A DNA stretch of 64,000 nt from Chitinophagaceae bacterium (GCA_016786805.1 JAEUVP010000557.1:8710-72709); one strand, 5' to 3'. Positions 56,380 through 64,000 are shown, numbered from the stretch's first letter. Notes: generated from the sequence alone by a model not told the origin. Translations and numbers: made by a program.

Positions 56380-58412
56380 AATACAGCATTTTGAGGTTCA
56401 TGAATAGCAGCAAAAGGTTCCGTACTCCCAGGAGGTGCAAAGCCGATCTTTTCAGCATAGTCTCCAAGCATACAGCGGTATTGCATCGCAATTCTCCAGG
56501 GATGATACGCAAGGACCCTACGACCGCGGGTAGTCTTCATCGCAGGATCGAAAATGGGTTTGCAGATTGCATGTTTCAGCATTAGGTCATTCAGGTCAAA
56601 GATCAGGGTACAGCCCCCGCGAAAGGTAAACCGGTCCAGTTCATCGTTGGTCTTACTTTTTGTATAAGGGACATAAAGCTTCTTGTCCCCCGGCGCATCC
56701 TTTACCATTACAGTGCATCGTTGCATAAGCGTCATGATGATCTGGTTCTGTACCTGGCCATCGGGTCCGGTGCGGTTATGCATCTTTAAGGAATGTAATT
56801 CGATCGAAGGCACATCAATAGCAGCGCCATCCTGGCGGTTCATACGGGAATGACCGATACCCAGTTTTTTGAATGAGGAGGAGAAGACCAGGCCGGTGAT
56901 ATTTTCAAACAACTTCGGATTTTTCCAGAATACTTTCTGGCCAAACAGGTACCGGTAAAATCCCGGCTGGTCTTCTTCATCATTACCGGTAATAAAGTCC
57001 TGCGTAATGTCGAAAATTTGCCGGCGGTCGGTCTTATAGGCCAGTTGTTCCTTGAACTTTCGCAAGTAATCGCTGATCTGTTTCATGAACCCGGTTTTAT
57101 CTGCCGTTTCCGGCAATACATTATAACAGAGTGTATCAACAGATAAATTGGGAACGCCTTCAGGGAAAATACCGCGCTTGCGGAATGCATTGATAAATGC
57201 GATGCGATAATGGTGATCATCATTCAGCACTAATTCTTTATCGGCCGTGATCAGGGCACGCAGGTAATCGCCGTAATTCAGGTCAACAGGCGGGCAATAA
57301 TCAAGGGCTCGTACACACATACATAAAACATGGGAAGCAGCCTTGGAAGCTTCATCCGCAAGCCGCCCCACTAGGTCTGGATGGATATCACCTGCAGGCA
57401 TCACGCCAGTTCCACCGGTCGCTATACGAAGCAGGTCGGCCGTCCTGTTCTTATAGATAGCGACAAAGGCATCGAAGACAGCAGAGACAAGCAGGGCCCC
57501 GCGGTCATGACATTCGATCATGGTTTCATAATCTGCAGTACTCGGTACTTTCGGAATCCAGGTACCGTTGGCATCAGTGGTACCGATGGCATCCCGGAGA
57601 GAATGGTACTCTCCGGTACTCTGTCCAAATTCGACAGCTAATTTCCCAAGCATGCTTTCGGCATGCAGCTTTCCCTGTGTTTGCCGTATTTCATTCTTCA
57701 CGATTTCGGGATATGTAAAATGTTGCAACAGGGCAATGATATCAGCGAATCCCTCATGGAAACCAGCCATATCGGGATGCGATGTTTCCATATAGCGAGG
57801 GTACATCCCATCCAGGATGGCATGGGTCGTTTCATGGGCAATGATATCATGGGAAAGACAGGAATAGACAATACCACCCGGCAAAAAAGTTCCTCCTTTG
57901 GCAGGAGTGGCATTATAATAACCAAACAACAACGCTTTCCGGTCAGGACTATAATAGGCATTTTGTTCCCGCACAGCATGGGGGTAGACCAGCAGTTTCT
58001 CCACGAATTCCGTGTACATCTTTCCCTTCCGGCCATTCTTCTCTTTCCTGAATTTCTGCACATTGCTCCACATCACTTTACGCCCCAGTGCCATCTCAAA
58101 ATTTTTAATGGTGTTCATCACCACGGCATAGACCATTTGCTGGTGAAACTGCGGGTTCGTTTCACTTGGCGTCAAGCCATCCGAAGCCAGTATGGATGGC
58201 TCATTTAGATCAACCGGCTTATACACTGCATTGCTCGCGGGGTCACGGTCGATCACTTTAATATAATCGCCTTCCGGGCCCGGTAGCAACTGAACTTCCC
58301 AGGGAATTTTATAGACGATCTCATTAATATCAGCAGTGCTCAGGTTAAGGGAAGTACTCGGATCGAAAGCATATCCTTTGAGTTTCCTGAACGGGGGTCT
58401 GTTACCTGGCAT
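56376..58412 (-). CDS. thermolysin-like (gluzincin) zinc metallopeptidase with an unassigned ~300-aa C-terminal half
   Basis: EQNAYYSPDRKALLFGYY, DIIAHETTHAILDG (HExxH), GFHEGFADIIALL (third ligand Glu). N-terminus MPGNRPPFRKLKGYAF has no signal peptide. Confidence 0.8.
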   Translation of the reverse strand: MPGNRPPFRKLKGYAFDPSTSLNLSTADINEIVYKIPWEVQLLPGPEGDYIKVIDRDPASNAVYKPVDLNEPSILASDGLTPSETNPQFHQQMVYAVVMNTIKNFEMALGRKVMWSNVQKFRKEKNGRKGKMYTEFVEKLLVYPHAVREQNAYYSPDRKALLFGYYNATPAKGGTFLPGGIVYSCLSHDIIAHETTHAILDGMYPRYMETSHPDMAGFHEGFADIIALLQHFTYPEIVKNEIRQTQGKLHAESMLGKLAVEFGQSTGEYHSLRDAIGTTDANGTWIPKVPSTADYETMIECHDRGALLVSAVFDAFVAIYKNRTADLLRIATGGTGVMPAGDIHPDLVGRLADEASKAASHVLCMCVRALDYCPPVDLNYGDYLRALITADKELVLNDDHHYRIAFINAFRKRGIFPEGVPNLSVDTLCYNVLPETADKTGFMKQISDYLRKFKEQLAYKTDRRQIFDITQDFITGNDEEDQPGFYRYLFGQKVFWKNPKLFENITGLVFSSSFKKLGIGHSRMNRQDGAAIDVPSIELHSLKMHNRTGPDGQVQNQIIMTLMQRCTVMVKDAPGDKKLYVPYTKSKTNDELDRFTFRGGCTLIFDLNDLMLKHAICKPIFDPAMKTTRGRRVLAYHPWRIAMQYRCMLGDYAEKIGFAPPGSTEPFAAIHEPQNAVL

Positions 58413-58453
58413 AGTAGATGATTAAATTTGAAACAAAAATTATTAGTGATGTA

Positions 58454-59746
58454 CTATTGAAATAAGGACGGACAATATAATTTCACCTGCAACTCTGTTA
58501 GCGCTTCCGCTTGTTTGATCAGGCAATCAACTTCTTGTTTCGAAAGTGCTGTCAGGTTAGTACTGACCGAACGGGCAATCTTCTTTTCCTCCGGTGTAGG
58601 TTTAGGTATAGCATCATATCCCAGCCGGTTTTTTAAATAGGTAGTGATCTCCGTTTCATATTTCCGTGGAGCTGCAACCCACTCTGGCTTGAGCTGGTGG
58701 GCATCAATTACAAACCGGGTAATTTGTTGTTTATCCAGGTTGGTAATGAATCCGCTGATACAATTTTCTGTATCCCAGCCAAGCGAAAAATAAGCAACCT
58801 GTTTATTGACAGTGGAAGCATTATCATACACATTACGGACCATCTGGCTTTTTTTGATTCTTGACATAAATACATTCACCGTTTCCATCAGCAGGGAAAA
58901 AGTATTTTTAAAGGACATTTCACCCGAAGATCCACAGCCTGCATCACTGGTAATCACAATGCCACAGTTATACTGCCCGCTTTGCATCACTTTATGGATT
59001 CCCTGGTTATCATAAACACCGCCATCCACTAATACAGGGTGTACTTTACCTGCTTCAGCCTCATCGTCGAAGAATTCTTTATCAATAGTAACTGGTGTAA
59101 AAGCAAATGGCACGCAACTGGAGGCCATGACAGCTCGGGCTAACGGGTACTTGGCAGGCTTGAACTTTATCGGATCATCCATATACTGGTAAGTGGAGTC
59201 CTGCATCCAGTCCTTGGAAAAAGAAAAGGGCTTTGCCGTTTGCAGGTTCGTTGACCCGATCACAAGCGTAGGTTGATCCGGCAACTGTCCCAGCATAAAA
59301 TGCTGATAGAAAAATTCATCATAGATCTGTTCGATCCGTTTACTGATCGGGAATAACTGGAATTGAAACTTCAATAATACAAGTAGTAGTAACACAATGG
59401 CAATAGGAAATAGCCATGCATAGGAAGTGAACAGGAAATAACCGGAGCCAATAAACAACAGGAGAAAAACCAGGAAACGAAGCCCCATCCAGGACAACAA
59501 AATTCTCTTGATGACATTCTTTGTTTGCAGCCCCGAATACAAATCCTGGTAAAAGGCATCAAAGTCACCCTTTCTTGAACAATAACAGGCACCGGTAATG
59601 GAACCACCCGAGATCGTCGAAATGACGTTAACCCGGGAAAGAATACCCAACTGCTCTAATTTTTTTAAAGTACCGAGGTGAAAAGCAGTGGCGCGGTAAC
59701 CGCCACCGGATAAGGCAATGCCAATACGATCTTGGTGAAAGGACAT
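58454..59746 (-). CDS. patatin-like phospholipase with an internal transmembrane hairpin
   Basis: IALSGGGYRATAFHLG (oxyanion hole), VISTISGGSITG (nucleophile region), LVDGGVYDNQG (catalytic Asp). Two hydrophobic helices LRFLVFLLLFIGSGYFLF and LFPIAIVLLLLVLL lie between the Ser and Asp motifs. Confidence 0.85.
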   Translation of the reverse strand: MSFHQDRIGIALSGGGYRATAFHLGTLKKLEQLGILSRVNVISTISGGSITGACYCSRKGDFDAFYQDLYSGLQTKNVIKRILLSWMGLRFLVFLLLFIGSGYFLFTSYAWLFPIAIVLLLLVLLKFQFQLFPISKRIEQIYDEFFYQHFMLGQLPDQPTLVIGSTNLQTAKPFSFSKDWMQDSTYQYMDDPIKFKPAKYPLARAVMASSCVPFAFTPVTIDKEFFDDEAEAGKVHPVLVDGGVYDNQGIHKVMQSGQYNCGIVITSDAGCGSSGEMSFKNTFSLLMETVNVFMSRIKKSQMVRNVYDNASTVNKQVAYFSLGWDTENCISGFITNLDKQQITRFVIDAHQLKPEWVAAPRKYETEITTYLKNRLGYDAIPKPTPEEKKIARSVSTNLTALSKQEVDCLIKQAEALTELQVKLYCPSLFQ

Positions 59747-59880
59747 GGTTCAGTGGTTTGGTTGAAGGAAGGTCGCAATAATTTATCAATTCCGGCATCC
59801 GTGTAAATACCTAATTTACGGTTGTGGATTCAGCCGGGAACTGTAGCTGATAAATGAAATTGAAACTTTAACTTCGGAAC

Positions 59881-61032
59881 ATGAAGTTCCGGTTATCGTT
59901 ATTTGCAATTGTAGTATTGGTTCTTGCAGGTTGCAAAAAAGATCCCCCTGCTCCACCTGCTCCTGCTGTTGCCTCCTTCACGATCAACTGTGCGGCCGTA
60001 ACGGTGCAGGGAACTTATACGGGTGGTTTAACATTGAACAATACAAATACTATTACTGTTCCGGTGAATGTAACACAGGTGGGAACCTATTCGGTGAGCA
60101 CCGCCACGATCAACGGTATTACATTTTCCGGATCAGGTTCATTCAGCACTACGGGTAAGCAGTCAATAACTTTGCAGGGAACCGGTATCCCTGTCAATAA
60201 CAGTACGTATTTTTATTTGATATCCGCAGGAGCAGCAACCTGCAGTTTTCCAGTCTCCATCATAACTGCTCCCTCCGGCAATTTCGACAATGATCATATG
60301 TTGTTCGGTAATCCCAGCCGTGCTGCTACAATCATTGACAGCACCCGCAATTACCTGTTGCGCAAACAATACTATGCACTTTCGTATAATAAAGACCGGG
60401 GCACACCTAACTGGGTCAGCTGGCATTTGTTTCAGAATGATCTCGGCAGTACCTCCCGGCAGGATGATTTCCGCACCGATAATACCTTACCTGCTGGCTG
60501 GTACCAGGTTCCCGCCAATGCGTTTTCCGGCAGTGGTTTTGACCGTGGCCACAATTGTCCTTCGGGCGACCGCACGTCCTCGGTGGATGCGAACTCCTCC
60601 ACGTTTCTGATGACCAACATGATCCCGCAGGCACCGGTGATGAACCAGGGAATTTGGGCGAACATGGAAGACTCCTTACGCAGGTTGGTGAACCAGGGCA
60701 ATGAAATTTATATCATCATGGGTTCATATGGTACCGGTGGTACGGGAAATAACGGGCCAGCGACAACAGTGAACGGCGGCAATGTAACGGTACCATCCAC
60801 AGTCTGGAAAGTGGCCCTGGTCCTTCCCAACGGCAACAATGACAGCAGCCGCGTGGATAACAACACAAGACTCATTGCAGTAAACATCGCGAACTCCAAC
60901 AGCTCAACAGGAAGCTGGAAAAATTACCGCACCAGTGTCGATGCGATTGAAGCCGCCACCGGGTACGACTTATTGGACCGTCTTGCCCCAGTGTTACAGG
61001 GTGTGATCGAAGCGAGGGTGGATAATTTGTGA
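59881..61032 (+). CDS. secreted DNA/RNA non-specific endonuclease (DRGH beta-beta-alpha-Me family) lipoprotein
   Basis: Lipobox VLVLAGCKKD. N-terminal ~130-aa beta-rich domain. SGFDRGHNCPSGDR and LMTNMIPQAPVMNQGIW catalytic motifs. Confidence 0.85.
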   Translation: MKFRLSLFAIVVLVLAGCKKDPPAPPAPAVASFTINCAAVTVQGTYTGGLTLNNTNTITVPVNVTQVGTYSVSTATINGITFSGSGSFSTTGKQSITLQGTGIPVNNSTYFYLISAGAATCSFPVSIITAPSGNFDNDHMLFGNPSRAATIIDSTRNYLLRKQYYALSYNKDRGTPNWVSWHLFQNDLGSTSRQDDFRTDNTLPAGWYQVPANAFSGSGFDRGHNCPSGDRTSSVDANSSTFLMTNMIPQAPVMNQGIWANMEDSLRRLVNQGNEIYIIMGSYGTGGTGNNGPATTVNGGNVTVPSTVWKVALVLPNGNNDSSRVDNNTRLIAVNIANSNSSTGSWKNYRTSVDAIEAATGYDLLDRLAPVLQGVIEARVDNL

Positions 61033-61463
61033 CCTGATTTTTTTCAATTCTATTTTCTTCGACAGTACGGGCAGGCAGTTAAAGTTAATATCATTGAACT
61101 GAATTGCTTGTTGCTACATGCAACACTTATAGAGCCTTCATACCCATGCGATGATTTCAAAGTACATACCATTCGAAAGAAGAGATTCCGGAACTATATA
61201 GGCCCGCAGCACCCGGATGAATTGTACCTGGCTTAGTCAATGAGTCAACGGAAACTATTTCTTTGCTATACCTCAACTCGCACCGGCAACACAACTTATA
61301 TCCAAACAAGCAACAGGCAAGTTTGATAGCATCTTTCATTTGTATTCCGGTATTATCCGGTCACCCCTACGGTATTAGTACGGATAAAATTCTCAAACAC
61401 TGCCCTTACTTTTATTTCTATATACAAAGCCAGCTAAACCTAATTCACCAACACCAGATCAAT

Positions 61464-62150
61464 ATGAACAATCGCAGTATTCAAATGACACCTGAGTTTT
61501 TACGGCAGTATGGGCTCAGTGCAGACCCTCCTCCTTCCAATTCCCTGTTCTTTCAATTATGGAATGCCAACATTGCCGTGGCAACTTCGGCCTTGAATAC
61601 CGCTTTCATACAGGGCATAAAAAACGGGAACCTGGACCCGGTTAAGTATGGAGCCTTTAATGTTACAGATGCGTACTATTGTTACGAAGGGGCCGAAGAT
61701 TACCTGGTGGCAGAGAGCCAGGCGACCGATCCTGTACTCCGGGCATTCCTGTTGAAGAAATACAATTCGTACCTGAAGTATAACCAGACTTTTACTTCAA
61801 TATGGCACCTGCGTGATGCAAGCGGGGTCGTGCCGGTGCCGGTGGTGCAGGCTTATGCACAGTTTGAAGAACAGGTGGCCTCCCACCAATTGCCCATCTA
61901 CATGCTGATCACCATGATCCCTTGTGAGTTCCTCTGGTACTGGCTGGGTAACCAACTATCCCCCGCAGCACCGGGTAATTTATATGCACCCTGGATCAAT
62001 GGCAACAATGATCCTTCCGGGGCCTATGCAATGGGTAATTTCTTGCAAACGTACCAGCAACAAAACCCGGTGGATGTGAATCTCGCTTTGCAACTCTATA
62101 CACAGGCGATGAACTTCGAATTACAAAACTTCCAGGCAGCAACACAATAG
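61464..62150 (+). CDS. TenA/heme-oxygenase-like fold protein
   Basis: Start moved to ATG 61464 (MNNRSIQMTPEF). AFIQGIKNGNLDPVKYGAFNVTDAYYCYEGAEDY and MIPCEFLWYWLGNQL resemble TenA blocks (hpF..G...G.L....F..Y..QD.Y / LLPC.W.Y..IG..L). Confidence 0.55.
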   Translation: MNNRSIQMTPEFLRQYGLSADPPPSNSLFFQLWNANIAVATSALNTAFIQGIKNGNLDPVKYGAFNVTDAYYCYEGAEDYLVAESQATDPVLRAFLLKKYNSYLKYNQTFTSIWHLRDASGVVPVPVVQAYAQFEEQVASHQLPIYMLITMIPCEFLWYWLGNQLSPAAPGNLYAPWINGNNDPSGAYAMGNFLQTYQQQNPVDVNLALQLYTQAMNFELQNFQAATQ

Positions 62151-62195
62151 AAAATTATTCGCTCACCGGTGATTCAACACCAACAACAATTTACC

Positions 62196-62573
62196 ATGGC
62201 ACAAAAAACATTCAACATAGATGCATTCCCCCAAGGTTATTTTATGAGCTGGTTCGTAACCACACAGGCAGCTTTTACCGTGTCTGCATCCCTGAGTGAC
62301 AGCAGCGGTACTTATTTCTCCGGAACAAAGACCAGTATGAATATTGAACCTCCCCTTGCACAGGGCGCAGCCAATATTGGCGGCACCAATCTTGTATTGA
62401 ACATTAATATCCCGCAATCCGAAGCAATACTCAACAGTATAAATTCGTATAACATCACGAACCCTTCCGGCAATATCGTCGGGTATGGGTATAACATTTG
62501 TATTGAAGACGGTACCGACAATGATTTCAATGATGTGAACATCGCCCTCGTGGCATGGAAGTCAAAAGGATAA
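62196..62573 (+). CDS. PA-IIL (LecB) family calcium-dependent fucose/mannose-binding lectin
   Basis: Start moved to ATG 62196. C-terminus IEDGTDNDFNDVNIALVAWKSKG* matches the LecB Ca-binding loop EDGTDNDYND. It also ends in the conserved terminal Gly. Confidence 0.85.
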   Translation: MAQKTFNIDAFPQGYFMSWFVTTQAAFTVSASLSDSSGTYFSGTKTSMNIEPPLAQGAANIGGTNLVLNINIPQSEAILNSINSYNITNPSGNIVGYGYNICIEDGTDNDFNDVNIALVAWKSKG

Positions 62574-62597
62574 AGATTAACAGTGTCTTCCGGAACA

Positions 62598-62634
62598 CCG
62601 GGCCGGGTTCTTTACCATAGCTTACCTGGCCCGG
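62598..62634 (+). terminator. GC-rich hairpin CCGGGCCGGG-N17-CCTGGCCCGG
   Basis: 10-bp stem (one G-U pair) 25 nt after the lectin stop. No U-tract. Confidence 0.4.
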
Positions 62635-62918
62635 CCCCGGAAAATCATTTCCCTGCCAGGGAAACCCGGAAGAAAAATAAAACAAAAGCAGTTATTATAG
62701 TACTGCAGGATATCCGGGATATGATCTTCACCTGCCACCGAAGATGTAAATATTCCTACACAAAGCTGCAGCCTAATGCAACGCAATGATTGAATGCGAT
62801 GTCAGGGGGTTACGGGAATCCTTTTGTATTTCACAATTGTTTTGATCTTAACCCTGTCCCTGACCATGCAAAAAGGTTTACCGCATAATACCTATTACCA
62901 GATTTTGAATTAACCCGG

Positions 62919-63311
62919 ATGAGAACCATAACACTTGTAACAGGGATATTACTATGCCTGTGCAGTTCCTGTAAAAAAGAATTCAGCAAAGAATGCGAAT
63001 TGATTCCGGCACAAATCATCAAATTTGATTGCGACCGGGTAATACTTGAATTGGAAACATCGAAGACTTTTGGCGACAGGGAATGGACCGATGTACTCAG
63101 CGGTGAAAAATTCAATAATGTGGTCTCTTTTTACGATATCTGTTTAATGCAGCAGATAACGAATGGAGAAAAAATAAAGTTGTATGTAAACCTGGAAGAG
63201 GATAAGGGAAATGCGGTTCCCGGATGCCGCGGGTGCCAGGCCCTTTCACTAAACCCTCCCAAATCAAAGGTCATTCTAACTAAAATCCGCAAAACACCTT
63301 GCGGCAGGTGA
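62919..63311 (+). CDS. Cys-rich lipoprotein, paralog of 21341-21748
   Basis: Lipobox LLCLCSSC. Same conserved Cys-containing blocks as 21341-21748. Confidence 0.55.
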   Translation: MRTITLVTGILLCLCSSCKKEFSKECELIPAQIIKFDCDRVILELETSKTFGDREWTDVLSGEKFNNVVSFYDICLMQQITNGEKIKLYVNLEEDKGNAVPGCRGCQALSLNPPKSKVILTKIRKTPCGR

Positions 63312-63624
63312 GACGATGGAATAATTTACAATGCTGGTAAAATGATTTCGTTCGCCTTGTAGCTGGCTACTCATTAGAATGTAGAAAAAAAGATTCTTGC
63401 TGCTTCTCAAATTGCAGGCATTTGACAAGGCCGGAAATTGAAACAACCAGCTACATGCATTCGTATATATAAAACCGGTTTAAGTATACCGAAATCAACG
63501 TCAAATTACTGCGAACAACACTTTTGAAATTACCTTTGCAAACTCAGACTTAATAAGTCCGATTGCATACTTAAGCCAGGTAATTCCCGGCTTGCAGCCA
63601 AAATTTTCTTGAACATATTGTTTC

Positions 63625-63668
63625 TTAACAGAAGTTAACTGGTAATAAAGACAGTCACCTTTTCTTTG
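63625..63668 (+). promoter_or_regulatory. orphan FNR-type box TTAACAGAAGTTAA (63625-63638) plus -7-like TTTCTTTG (63661-63668)
   Basis: Same 5-4-5 palindrome class and the same 36-nt spacing as the other seven sites. No Crp/Fnr gene nearby in the window and no ORF of 60 aa or more downstream before 63991. Confidence 0.45.
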
Positions 63669-64000
63669 GAGCTGCTAATAATTAAATAAAAAAAAATGAA
63701 CGACATCCATCCCGTTGGGCTTGGTTTTTTCATCACAGGGCCAGGATGAAAATTTCCAAACAGTACTTAAAATGCTGGCAGATTTCCATTGTTTTGTTCT
63801 TCCGGAGACAATCACAGACAAGCCAGTTTTACACCCGCAGAAATTTGAACGACACAGCAATGTCTTTACAAGAACCGGTCCGGGTCAGTAAAACCTAAGG
63901 GAACTGTTGCTACATACATTTTACTGCAAGTCCGGCCCCGGGTTTAGCAACCTAATACAGATTTAGAAACCATAAAATAACATCCTGAAAATGAAAATTT

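Noticed and set aside
57381-58208. Several + strand ORFs (86, 75 and 181 aa) and a - strand 121-aa ORF inside the protease gene
   Set aside because: All overlap the 678-aa gluzincin ORF, which has clear catalytic motifs. The alternatives have no motifs and a skewed composition.
58454-59746. Interpreting the patatin gene as a CBASS CapV effector
   Set aside because: No CD-NTase or other nucleotide cyclase, Cap2/Cap3 or SAVED-type gene lies anywhere within the flanking 10 kb. The patatin also has an internal TM hairpin and different partners.
1-64000. tRNA, rRNA, transposase, integrase and prophage genes
   Set aside because: I looked for T-arm-like GGTTCGAATCC-type motifs, rRNA-like stretches and DDE/tyrosine-recombinase motifs in the translations and found none. 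This was a by-eye scan only. tRNAscan-SE, Infernal and ISfinder should confirm it.

Overview
This 64-kb stretch looks like a Bacteroidota chromosomal accessory region (Chitinophagia/Sphingobacteriia-like). That assignment is an inference from one T9SS C-terminal sorting-domain cargo, many lipoprotein and outer-membrane-type ORFs, and TAnnTTTG-type -7 promoter boxes. I count about 65 credible genes, mostly regulators and small hydrolase or detoxification genes. They include five Crp/Fnr regulators, three membrane-anchored AraC regulators plus one classical AraC, two LytS-type kinases (one with a LytTR partner), and one NarL-type two-component set. There are also three GNAT acetyltransferases, VOC proteins, two TlpA thioredoxins, two class-C-like serine hydrolases, an intact subclass B1 metallo-beta-lactamase, a PA-IIL (LecB)-type lectin and a secreted DRGH nuclease. 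By eye I saw no rRNA, tRNA, CRISPR array, transposase or integrase. The most interesting part is 51.3-59.8 kb. It holds an ORF-free kilobase, an AT-rich NACHT/STAND NTPase with an N-terminal PD-(D/E)xK nuclease module, and a convergent, translationally coupled three-gene operon. That operon encodes a membrane-inserted patatin phospholipase, a cytoplasmic thermolysin-like Zn protease with an unassignable C-terminal half, and a ComEC-type MBL-fold hydrolase. I cannot assign the trio to any named defence system. Other themes: (1) eight FNR-type palindromes sit 35-37 nt upstream of -7 boxes and map the local Crp/Fnr regulons; (2) three paralogous modules pair a membrane AraC with a secreted hydrolase; (3) two genes are frameshifted, one sensor kinase may be split, and there is a short AraC-tail remnant; (4) a 14-bp tandem repeat lies between a response regulator and an AraC gene. 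All functional calls come from motif reading of the supplied translations. No database search was run.
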